64,000 bases of DNA from assembly GCA_012965045.1 (NCBI GenBank), contig DTSZ01000001.1, forward strand, positions 684,024 through 748,023. The letters are read 5' to 3'. A model generated the notes under the pieces. The model saw only the letters and a program-made list of their open reading frames with translations, did not search any database and was not told the DNA's origin. Shown here piece after piece: positions 45,735-54,134 of the stretch (within the stretch, counting starts at the first letter, position 1; the number at the start of each line of letters is the position of its first letter). The DNA is from Candidatus Saccharimonadota bacterium. Its GTDB lineage: Bacteria; Patescibacteriota; Saccharimonadia; Saccharimonadales; DTSZ01. A program made the translations under genes and the position numbers.

Positions 45735-46835
45735 ATGAAGGTAGAAGTTACCCAAGCAAATTTAAATAAAGCACTATCGATAGTCGGCCGTGTTGCTGGT
45801 GGTAGGACTTCTCTTCCAATCTTATCGAATGTACTGTTGTCGGTTGAAGATAATCAGCTTAAATTAGCTGCCACAAACTTAGAAGTAGCAATTACGCAGC
45901 ATATTGGCGCAAAAGTAAGTGAACCTGGCTCTATTACGGTTCCAGCTCGGTTAATGTCAGATTTTATCAACAGCCTACCAGACAGCAATATTCAACTAAG
46001 CGTAGAAGAAAACAAACTTAGCATTAAGGCCAAGGGTTACTCATCAACAATTAACGGTGTTTCGTCAGAAGAGTTCCCTTCTATTCCAATAGTTTCTGCA
46101 AAAAACCCACTTGTTATAACTGGTAAAAACCTCAAAGGCGTTATTGCTCAGACCATTGTTGCTGCATCAAGCGACGAGGCCCGACCAGTTCTAACTGGTG
46201 TATTTACCTATGTTCATGAAGGCTCACTACTGGCTGTTGCCACGGACAGTTACCGATTAGCTGAGAAAGTGATTCAAGTAAAAACCAATCTTAACGAACT
46301 GTCGGTAATCGTGCCGGCCAAAACCTTTGCAGAAATTCAACGAATTGTGTCCGACGAGGACTCAGTACAACTGCATTTTGACGATGTGCAAATGTTGGTA
46401 GAAGTTGGTGATGTGCAGATTGTTTCTAAATTAATTGACGGTAAATTCCCGGCGTATAAACAACTTATTCCAGAAAAAAGCGATGTGAGTTTTAAGATCG
46501 AACGTAAGGAACTATTAAATGCAACCAAGGTAGCAGCGCTGTTTGCCCGCGAAAGCGCCGGTAGTATTACGTTAGAAGTTTCTGAGGATGACAATTCAGT
46601 TAGTATTGCCTCGGTTGCTAGTCAAGTTGGCAATAATAACTCCACCCTATCAACCACCGTTAAAGGCTCTGGTAGTGTAACTTTAAATTCACGGTATTTG
46701 ATCGACGCCCTTAACGCCATTAACGACCAAGAACTTACATTTCGATTTAGTGGAAGCACAAACCCCTGCATTTTAGAGCCAACCGGTGAAGAAAAACAAA
46801 ACTATCTTCATGTCGTGATGCCTTTGCGTAGCTAG
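45735..46835 (+). CDS. dnaN: DNA polymerase III beta sliding clamp
   Basis: MKVEVTQANLNKAL...TNLEVAI pattern; 366 aa. Start at ATG 45735, preceded by GGGAGAA. Synteny with dnaA. Confidence 0.95.
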   Translation: MKVEVTQANLNKALSIVGRVAGGRTSLPILSNVLLSVEDNQLKLAATNLEVAITQHIGAKVSEPGSITVPARLMSDFINSLPDSNIQLSVEENKLSIKAKGYSSTINGVSSEEFPSIPIVSAKNPLVITGKNLKGVIAQTIVAASSDEARPVLTGVFTYVHEGSLLAVATDSYRLAEKVIQVKTNLNELSVIVPAKTFAEIQRIVSDEDSVQLHFDDVQMLVEVGDVQIVSKLIDGKFPAYKQLIPEKSDVSFKIERKELLNATKVAALFARESAGSITLEVSEDDNSVSIASVASQVGNNNSTLSTTVKGSGSVTLNSRYLIDALNAINDQELTFRFSGSTNPCILEPTGEEKQNYLHVVMPLRS

Positions 46836-46875
46836 TTGAAGGTATGTAAGGTTCGTAAAGTGATAAGGTTGGGTT

Positions 46876-46923
46876 ATGGCAAAAATTAATAGCTTTGAAG
46901 AAATTGAAGCAAGGACTTTATGA
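46876..46923 (+). pseudogene. possible 15-codon remnant of a four-helix-bundle (IVS-protein-like) gene
   Basis: ATG GCA AAA ATT AAT AGC TTT GAA GAA ATT GAA GCA AGG ACT TTA TGA gives MAKINSFEEIEARTL*. Compare the intact copy, MADIKNFEDLNIWQ. It is preceded by the G/T/A-only tract 46838-46875. Confidence 0.3.
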
Positions 46924-46954
46924 ACTTTTTAAACTTTAGAAACCTGTAATCTTA

Positions 46955-47971
46955 ATGATTAAATCAATAAGATTACAAAACTTTCGATGTTTTAATGACA
47001 AATCCTTTGACCTTGATCCAGGCGTAAATTTAATTGTTGGTAAAAATGGAATTGGTAAAACCACTGTTATTGAAGCAATTTACTGCGTATTAAACGGGGG
47101 TTCGTGGCGCGGTAAAGACGATAACCTTATTCAACACACAAAAGACTGGGCTCGAGTAGATCTTTTGCTTCGAGATAAATCAAAACTATCACTTACTCTC
47201 GACAATCGAACTGGACGACTTGTAAAAAAACAACTCATAAATAACGAACCAAAAAAAACCATGTCCTTAAAAACAGTCTTATTCGAACCAGAATTTATTC
47301 TTACATTCACTTCTCAACCAGATAAACGGCGTAACTGGCTTGATGATCTGATTGAGCGTACACATCCTAACTTTAAACAGATTAGAAACAATTACAAACG
47401 GGCGTTATCACAGCGTAACCGACTACTGAAACAACCGACATTTAGCAGTGATTCGATCTTTGTCTGGAATTTAAAATTAAGTGAATACGGAGCTCAGATT
47501 GCCCAGTATCGAGCGAGTATTATCGAGGATATCCAGGGCACTCTTAGCAGCGCTTATAACTCCGTTAGTGGCGGCACAGACACAGTAACAGCTTTATATC
47601 AAAACCAGTTTCCTGTTGAATCGTATTCTACTGCTCACCTACAAAAACTCGAAGATGCTATCGAAAAAGACAAAATTGTTGGCTTTACGACTAGCGGGCC
47701 TCATCGAGAAGACATTGTGTTCAAACTTAACAACGAACTAGTACTACAAACTGCTTCCCGGGGCGAAGTTCGCTCACTTGCCATGGCGCTTAAAAAAATT
47801 GAACTACAGTTATTAAAAGACGAGACAGTTATTGAATTATTTGACGATGCGTTTAGCGAGCTCGACTCTGTCAGGTCATCGCGCTTATTACAAAATGAAC
47901 AGAATCAAACTATTGTTACAAGTGCTGAAACTAGAAAAATTGGCCACTCTATAAAATTGGTAGCCACGTGA
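46955..47971 (+). CDS. recF: DNA replication and repair protein RecF
   Basis: MIKSIRLQNFRCF...GKNGIGKTTVIEAI Walker A; SMC-like signature region; synteny dnaA-dnaN-recF. Confidence 0.9.
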   Translation: MIKSIRLQNFRCFNDKSFDLDPGVNLIVGKNGIGKTTVIEAIYCVLNGGSWRGKDDNLIQHTKDWARVDLLLRDKSKLSLTLDNRTGRLVKKQLINNEPKKTMSLKTVLFEPEFILTFTSQPDKRRNWLDDLIERTHPNFKQIRNNYKRALSQRNRLLKQPTFSSDSIFVWNLKLSEYGAQIAQYRASIIEDIQGTLSSAYNSVSGGTDTVTALYQNQFPVESYSTAHLQKLEDAIEKDKIVGFTTSGPHREDIVFKLNNELVLQTASRGEVRSLAMALKKIELQLLKDETVIELFDDAFSELDSVRSSRLLQNEQNQTIVTSAETRKIGHSIKLVAT

Positions 47972-49232
47972 CATTATATTCGTAAATAGAAGCACCCCGT
48001 TGCTCGAAATAGGCCTCCACGGCGTTGATAGCCTCGGTTCTTTGTGAAGAGGAAATCGCAACTTCGAATCGATCACCGTTTTTATAATATGCTACATAAT
48101 ATAGAGGTAGTTGGTATTGCGTAGTCGACTCTTCAAACAGAGGCGCCTGTGAAGTTGACGTTAGTATAGTTTGCGATACTTCAGGCGTAAATGTTATGAA
48201 TGAACCTTGTACATATAATGTATGAGTGTTTAGTGTTGATTCAATAAGTTCAAGATTTAAGATTTTTTCTTCGGGAATCCCCTCAAGATGATAAGTCAGC
48301 GAATCATCATCGGCTGGCATATGTCGCAATGTGCGTTTTTCAGAGTTTAATATATGCAAATCACCATCAGACAAGACATAGTTTCCTGGAAAAACATCAC
48401 TTATTACTTCTGTGGTTCCATTTTCATCAAAAATAAATAGTTTTTCTGGATTGAGCTCTTCGAATCCAACATCTTGCGATAAGACTATGAAGTCGCTCCT
48501 ATACCTTTCTACCTTCTGCTGTACGCTACCTTCGCTGTTTAAGTCGAGCTGCTTAAAGCCACTTTCATCGTACGAATATAATTTCCTTGAAACAGCAGAA
48601 TCCAAGGTAAAAAAGCGGGCATCAGACTCAAAGAAAACTGGTTGATACGGCGTATCGATTGTAAATAATTGTTGTTCAGACTTTGCATTAACCGACCGAC
48701 TAAATACTGCATATTCTTCACCATGAAGCTCGGAGACAACAGTTTTAGTATAAATGAATGCCTGTAAGTCATCTGACCAAACAGGCTTACCCATAGAGTC
48801 ATTAATACTTAGATTTGATACAGGCGACATATTAGCACCTGATCCATCAACTATGTACCACAGTGGTTGACCCGTATCATCTTCACCAACAATAAAATTC
48901 GTATTGTAATAATTCGGCGAAGATAATTTAACAGCAATTTGATTATCACCCCAAACCATATCAACGGGCTTTGACCAGAATAAATTATTTGAAATTTTTG
49001 TTATATCACCATTAGCATTGAGGCTGTAAAATGCCCCAGCAGCATAAAACTTAATTTCACCATCTTTGGTGGATTTAAAGTCCGCCTCAGCGAATATTTG
49101 GCTATGAAGATATAGAGGTGTGGTCGAATTCCGAACACTAACTATTAAAAAAACTATCGCCACTATTAGCAATAGTGCGACAGAGCCCCAAATGATACCT
49201 CGTTTATTTTTAGAGAATAATTTATTCACCAC
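47949..49232 (-). CDS. membrane-anchored extracytoplasmic protein, last gene of the T4SS-like operon
   Basis: 427 aa. N-terminal TM (IIWGSVALLLIVAIVFLIV), then a beta-rich domain. 11-nt overlap with the upstream gene. No family recognised; a VirB8-analogue role is speculation only. Confidence 0.6.
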   Translation of the reverse strand: MVNKLFSKNKRGIIWGSVALLLIVAIVFLIVSVRNSTTPLYLHSQIFAEADFKSTKDGEIKFYAAGAFYSLNANGDITKISNNLFWSKPVDMVWGDNQIAVKLSSPNYYNTNFIVGEDDTGQPLWYIVDGSGANMSPVSNLSINDSMGKPVWSDDLQAFIYTKTVVSELHGEEYAVFSRSVNAKSEQQLFTIDTPYQPVFFESDARFFTLDSAVSRKLYSYDESGFKQLDLNSEGSVQQKVERYRSDFIVLSQDVGFEELNPEKLFIFDENGTTEVISDVFPGNYVLSDGDLHILNSEKRTLRHMPADDDSLTYHLEGIPEEKILNLELIESTLNTHTLYVQGSFITFTPEVSQTILTSTSQAPLFEESTTQYQLPLYYVAYYKNGDRFEVAISSSQRTEAINAVEAYFEQRGASIYEYNVTWLPIL

Positions 49233-50592
49233 TTCTCCTTTGTGCTTCTTCTAATACTGCTTGTAGATATGTCTCACCAGGGTCTGCTTTGCCGACGGGA
49301 CTTGGGCAGTGAAGAGGATCTGTTTGGTAATGGCCCACCACGCCGATCAAGGCTTCAGGTTCGTTTACTAGTGGAATATCAAAGCGTCTACTCAGATCAA
49401 CCACTGTATTTACAACCGAATCGAATTGTTCGGGGCTATTTAACAACTTCTCTTCATGTTTGCTGACGTCATTAGGAAATCCGTTTATACTCTCGATTTC
49501 TATGCCAATTGTTCTAGAGTTAACGCCACATGCGTGTGCAGTAAGTGTGTTTAAAGGCTCAACAAGCTTGTACATACCCCCTTCTTCGTCTGCATATAGC
49601 TGAACAGAACAACAGTTACCTGGCCGCCCCTCTATGCCCTGAACAAAGTCCGCAACGCTATTATGATTTCCGGCTGTCCAGTGTAAAACTATTGCTGTAG
49701 GATCTATTTCTGACCCCGAGAAAGATATAAAATCAATATAATTGGCTGTGCTTGATGAACAAGATCCAGAAGCGCCAGACAAGTCAACGTATTCAGTAGG
49801 CCCTAGCGGTGCATCCTGGTCGGCCCATGCATAATGCAGTATATCTCCGCTGTCTGGTGTTTTTATTGCAGCTTCAAGTTCTAAAAATGCCTCTGGCGAT
49901 AAACCAGAAACTCGACCGGTATATTCTGGCGGAGTGCCATCTATAAAACCACGCCAATAATCAGGAGGGTTACTTCCACCTTGGTCATTTGTTCCCGTCC
50001 ATGGGGCTGGCCCGGATTCAATAACTGCAGTAACAACGCTTTTATTAGTCCGAGGATTACTCACAAGAACTCTAGGGTGATTCTGGTAAAACGCAATATC
50101 TTCCTCTGGCCTGTCTACGCTCTGACTTTGGCCGCTCCAGGCCCAGTCGACGTATCTCCAGCGCATATTTATATACCATTGTTCTTCTTCGGGGACATTT
50201 GTGGGCAGAGCTCCAGCTCCACCACCACCGCTCCCACCGGTGCCGGCAAAACCATTTTGAGCTTCGAGCGGCACATTGGTGAGCTCATAGTGTCTCGATA
50301 TGCTTCCACCATCGCCTTCAGGTCCACCTACTGGAAGATGTTGCTCCAGGCCAGTTCCACCACTGGTCGCCGGAAGTATGTGACCATCCAGCTCATCGCC
50401 AAGCCCGCCACCCGAAGAGCATGCTGCTGGACCGCTTTGCGTATCAATATATGGGGCGCCAACATCAAGTGCTCTTTTTTGTGCCTCTGACAAAGCAGCA
50501 GCTTTCGGTGAGTAGCCGTTGCTAAATAAGAAATTGAAGTTCAAGACAAAAACTAATAGTAAGATACTAATATTTTTAAAAACAATTTTCAT
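49222..50592 (-). CDS. secreted peptidoglycan hydrolase: RlpA/DPBB-like N-domain plus N-acetylmuramoyl-L-alanine amidase (Amidase_2/PGRP) C-domain
   Basis: Signal peptide. VLVSNPRTNKSVVTAVIESGPAPWTG resembles double-psi beta-barrel lytic domains. C-terminal IVLHWTAG...HACGVNSRTIGIEIES...VVGHYQTDP...CPSP is the Amidase_2 pattern. ATGA overlap with the upstream gene. Confidence 0.75.
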   Translation of the reverse strand: MKIVFKNISILLLVFVLNFNFLFSNGYSPKAAALSEAQKRALDVGAPYIDTQSGPAACSSGGGLGDELDGHILPATSGGTGLEQHLPVGGPEGDGGSISRHYELTNVPLEAQNGFAGTGGSGGGGAGALPTNVPEEEQWYINMRWRYVDWAWSGQSQSVDRPEEDIAFYQNHPRVLVSNPRTNKSVVTAVIESGPAPWTGTNDQGGSNPPDYWRGFIDGTPPEYTGRVSGLSPEAFLELEAAIKTPDSGDILHYAWADQDAPLGPTEYVDLSGASGSCSSSTANYIDFISFSGSEIDPTAIVLHWTAGNHNSVADFVQGIEGRPGNCCSVQLYADEEGGMYKLVEPLNTLTAHACGVNSRTIGIEIESINGFPNDVSKHEEKLLNSPEQFDSVVNTVVDLSRRFDIPLVNEPEALIGVVGHYQTDPLHCPSPVGKADPGETYLQAVLEEAQRRSGE

Positions 50593-53500
50593 GGTGTGTG
50601 CTCCGGCCCATCTGGGATGTTTAGGTCCACATGAAAGTGATCTCTGTGATTTGCGATGCAGTATGAATTGATCGGTGTGCCTTTCTCTTCTGCGTAATTT
50701 AAAATCGCTCTCGTTGTTCCATCCTGCCCGTCAATATGGCTTGAGGTAATAGGCACACCACTTGGCTTCGCTGTGGTCCCTCTGTCGCACCACCAAATAT
50801 TATCAATTAAGCCGGTGTCTACAAATAGCTTGCCTAAATCTATTGTAGCTTGAGCGCTGAAGGAGGAGCTGTCATATGAAGCAGCCCATGGTGAGCCTTG
50901 AGCCAGTACATCAACAGCATGGCCCGTGTTGTGGGTGTTGTGCCCGGCTGCGTTCAAGTCACCTATATATAACTGAGAATTCGGGTAAGCCTCGTGGTAG
51001 GCCAGCCCGACGCTGTAAAGAACACAAATCAGCTCATATTGTCCGTATCTGCGGCTTTCATTTGAGTAGATAAAGTATTCATCATTTGGAGGTTCAGGCA
51101 TTTTATAGTAGGTGAACCCACTCACTACACGAGTTTCTAATGAATCTTGGCTCGGACAGGTTAACCCCTCTAAGCCAACACCAGACCCAGCACTAGCTCC
51201 TGGGTTACTGCCGCTTGGAAGACCAATATCTTCACATGCGTTGTCGTCGGCGCTGGAAAGACAGGACATTTCTTGAAGAGCTCCCATATCGCGCAAGTAA
51301 ATACGAAGATTTTGGTGAAAGCGTTCACCAGGTAATTTATAACAATGGTCTTCTGGTGGGAATTTTTCTTTGTCTTGTCGGGGGTTATGCCACGGGTCCG
51401 AATAATCTCTGTAAAAAACACCAACACAAACGCCATCAGACTTAGTGTTAGTCAGTTCTCGTGACATTTCGTGCAGTATTCGGATAATCTCACAAATGTC
51501 TGAGGTGCGTGAGTTAATCTGACACATATTTATTTCTCTGCCATTAACTATTTTGCTATCCGCACCGATCTCTGCGGATGTCCACCCAGCATCTCGTGCT
51601 ACTTGGCGTTTTTCTGCCTCTAAACTAGTGCGTTCATCGTTTTGCTTTTCTAATACATAGTTAGTCGTACCCTGGCAAAAATCAGCCTTTCTTTCATCTT
51701 CTGGGTGGCGCGCACCAACCGCAGAACTTGGTCTTACTGAGCCATCTTCTTCAATAATCATGCCGTAGCATTGTTCTGCAAATTCACTAGAATACTCGCG
51801 GTATTTATTATGGTCATCAAAAGTGTCTACTAAACTAGGGAAACAGCTTGGATTGTCTCTGAAGATATAATTGTCGTAAATGCAGGGGTCGTTATTAACT
51901 TCTTCAGATTGAGAATGTTCGATCTCTTCATCTGTCCATGCTACCCGGTACAAGCCATTATATTGTTGAGCGACGCTGGTTATGCCAGTTGTACCAGCAT
52001 AGGCGGCACCAGAAAACGGCTTAATGATTTGGTCGGGCATAATTGCGGCAATGGCCCGGCCGCCATATTGAACAGGGTTTTCGCTGTAGTTGTTTCGAAT
52101 AAGCAGCTGAGCGACTAATGATCGAGGTTCTTTTATGTCAAAAATTCGAGCAAAAAATGGTTTTTGGGCGTACTCATTTCGCTGCTCCTCAAGCGCGCGT
52201 CCGTTAATTTTGGCCTCATCAGCTTCGCTAATTTTAAGCGCGCCCTTTGAGTAGGCATCTTCGTTGTTTGATAAAAGTTTTCCTACATCAGCCACATCCC
52301 AATACCCTGGTCCAGCAATATCAAATGGAATCGGTTGGCCAATGTAGCCCCTGACTGCCATATCGATAATATTAGACAACAGCGGACCGGCTGCTGTTTC
52401 GATCAATGCCGAAATTACTCCACCATCAACGATATCAATAAAAAATCCAGCTGGACCATTTACAAAATCGCAGGTTGTTTGAAGCCCAGGTATATTGCTA
52501 ATAAAGTTAGATATCGGGTCTGATGTAGCGTCGAGTCGCGGCACGGTGTCTTCGGCTTGCTGTATACCACCCTCTTCACCTAATTTGTCTTTTAGTTTTG
52601 CAGATGCTGTCCAGTTGACTTCTTTTTCTGGAATAGTAATGGTCTTTCCGTCCTCATCTTTTACGGTGTAGGACTCTTCTTTTAGGTTAAATTGCTCAGC
52701 GTCTATCGCCGCCTCTTGGAGGTCGATTCCGGGGTCACTGGCTTTAAACTGCGAGCCAAGCGACTCGCCCTTTGCTGCCATTCGCATTGATTGCAGCCAC
52801 ACTAAGTTAAAATGCGCTGAGTCAATTTGCGAACTTATGCCTTGGGCTAAGCAAAGTCCTCCTATTATTCCAACGCCCCCAGCCGCTAAAGCCGTCCGCC
52901 CAGAGCTTACTTTTTCTGACCCTATGCCATCCCCGCTATTAGCATTTTGACTGCCGGCTTCTATTTCTGGATTCAATTCACGAATGGTGCCATCACTGTC
53001 AGTGTATGTTGAAGTCAAACCAACCCTCGCATCAACACCGTCTGTGATAGCACTTTGTCGGCTTTCTCTGACTTTTTGGCGGAATTCTTCAAAGGAAAAT
53101 TTATCGTCTAGACTAGAGCGAACATCTCCCAGCCAACGGTAATTAACTCCAGCACGTATGCGCAAACGCCGCTTACCCAGCACGCCTGCATTTTTTATAT
53201 CTTGATTGACTACCCGAGTAGCGACGTCTATCGCTTTTCTACCATCTCTGGTTTGGAGGTCGGTCAACTCAAGTCTGCCAGTCTCAGTATTTAATGTAAG
53301 TCTGTCGCCAAATTCTTCACGGAATTCATTCACTGTTCGTGTATCGCTTGGATCTATACTGATAGCACCAAGACGATTATTTGCTCCTCTGCTGTAATCT
53401 AGTTCAATACCACGCGCCCCCATAATATCTGTAATTGCGTCGGCTTGTTTATTCCCTAAAATACTCAGTCGTCGATTTTCTGGATTATTTGGATTGCGCA

Positions 53501-54134
53501 AAAATCGATACATACGGGTAGCAGCTGAAACATCTTGATCTTCAACAAAGGGTGCGTGAAATTGGTCAAGTAGTTCTGCGAAGTGAACGAATTGTAGGGG
53601 TCCTTGAAGTATTGAGCCTAGTCCAAAAAGCCCACCAGCGATTAAAATTCCAACTAATCCGTGGCGACGTCTGTATAAAAAACCACGGGTTTCAGTTTTT
53701 GCATTTTTTAGCAGCTTGTTTTCTCGAACCAAACCGCCGCTGGTTTGAACAGACTGATCTTTAGGTTTTTTGTCGTTATTATTTAGGTGTTCGTATTGCG
53801 AAGCCGTATACGGTCCACTCGAGCCGTTGCCAGAAGCTCCATTGGTGTTTTTCTTCTCCATAGGACTTTGAGTCCCAGGCTGTTGGTTGAATGGACTAGG
53901 ACGAATTCCACTGAAGTTTTCATCATTTTTTGTTTGTTCATTTGGCGAGCTCTGATTGGCAAAATCCTCTATTTCTTGCAGCTTATTTTCACCTCCAGAA
54001 TTTGCGTAGTTCTCAATATGCCCTATGCCTTTGTCGAGGGGGTTTTGTGCTGATGGCTGATTAAATATATCCTCAAGTCCATTTGCCGAAAGATCTTTGC
54101 GTTTCTTCGGATCTTTGAGGTTACCGCCAGCCAC
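50589..54134 (-). CDS. giant (1181 aa) membrane-anchored protein with C-terminal LAS-type metallopeptidase (MepA/M15-like) domain
   Basis: GTG start overlapping the virB4 stop (TAGTG). Low-complexity N-terminus and a TM (LVGILIAGGLFGLGSIL). C-terminal metal ligands H-x-x-G-H-A-V-D (HNTGHAVDV) and HRDHFHVDL, as in LAS-fold cell-wall endopeptidases. Confidence 0.7.
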   Translation of the reverse strand: MAGGNLKDPKKRKDLSANGLEDIFNQPSAQNPLDKGIGHIENYANSGGENKLQEIEDFANQSSPNEQTKNDENFSGIRPSPFNQQPGTQSPMEKKNTNGASGNGSSGPYTASQYEHLNNNDKKPKDQSVQTSGGLVRENKLLKNAKTETRGFLYRRRHGLVGILIAGGLFGLGSILQGPLQFVHFAELLDQFHAPFVEDQDVSAATRMYRFLRNPNNPENRRLSILGNKQADAITDIMGARGIELDYSRGANNRLGAISIDPSDTRTVNEFREEFGDRLTLNTETGRLELTDLQTRDGRKAIDVATRVVNQDIKNAGVLGKRRLRIRAGVNYRWLGDVRSSLDDKFSFEEFRQKVRESRQSAITDGVDARVGLTSTYTDSDGTIRELNPEIEAGSQNANSGDGIGSEKVSSGRTALAAGGVGIIGGLCLAQGISSQIDSAHFNLVWLQSMRMAAKGESLGSQFKASDPGIDLQEAAIDAEQFNLKEESYTVKDEDGKTITIPEKEVNWTASAKLKDKLGEEGGIQQAEDTVPRLDATSDPISNFISNIPGLQTTCDFVNGPAGFFIDIVDGGVISALIETAAGPLLSNIIDMAVRGYIGQPIPFDIAGPGYWDVADVGKLLSNNEDAYSKGALKISEADEAKINGRALEEQRNEYAQKPFFARIFDIKEPRSLVAQLLIRNNYSENPVQYGGRAIAAIMPDQIIKPFSGAAYAGTTGITSVAQQYNGLYRVAWTDEEIEHSQSEEVNNDPCIYDNYIFRDNPSCFPSLVDTFDDHNKYREYSSEFAEQCYGMIIEEDGSVRPSSAVGARHPEDERKADFCQGTTNYVLEKQNDERTSLEAEKRQVARDAGWTSAEIGADSKIVNGREINMCQINSRTSDICEIIRILHEMSRELTNTKSDGVCVGVFYRDYSDPWHNPRQDKEKFPPEDHCYKLPGERFHQNLRIYLRDMGALQEMSCLSSADDNACEDIGLPSGSNPGASAGSGVGLEGLTCPSQDSLETRVVSGFTYYKMPEPPNDEYFIYSNESRRYGQYELICVLYSVGLAYHEAYPNSQLYIGDLNAAGHNTHNTGHAVDVLAQGSPWAASYDSSSFSAQATIDLGKLFVDTGLIDNIWWCDRGTTAKPSGVPITSSHIDGQDGTTRAILNYAEEKGTPINSYCIANHRDHFHVDLNIPDGPEHTP

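Noticed and set aside
2359-45735. N-terminal extensions given by the track (starts at 2488, 5101, 16447, 22460, 27061, 31131, 38956, 45711)
   Set aside because: Internal ATGs give canonical family N-termini, signal peptides, SD spacing or ATGA/TAATG coupling. The longer versions overlap neighbouring genes or add non-homologous leader peptides.
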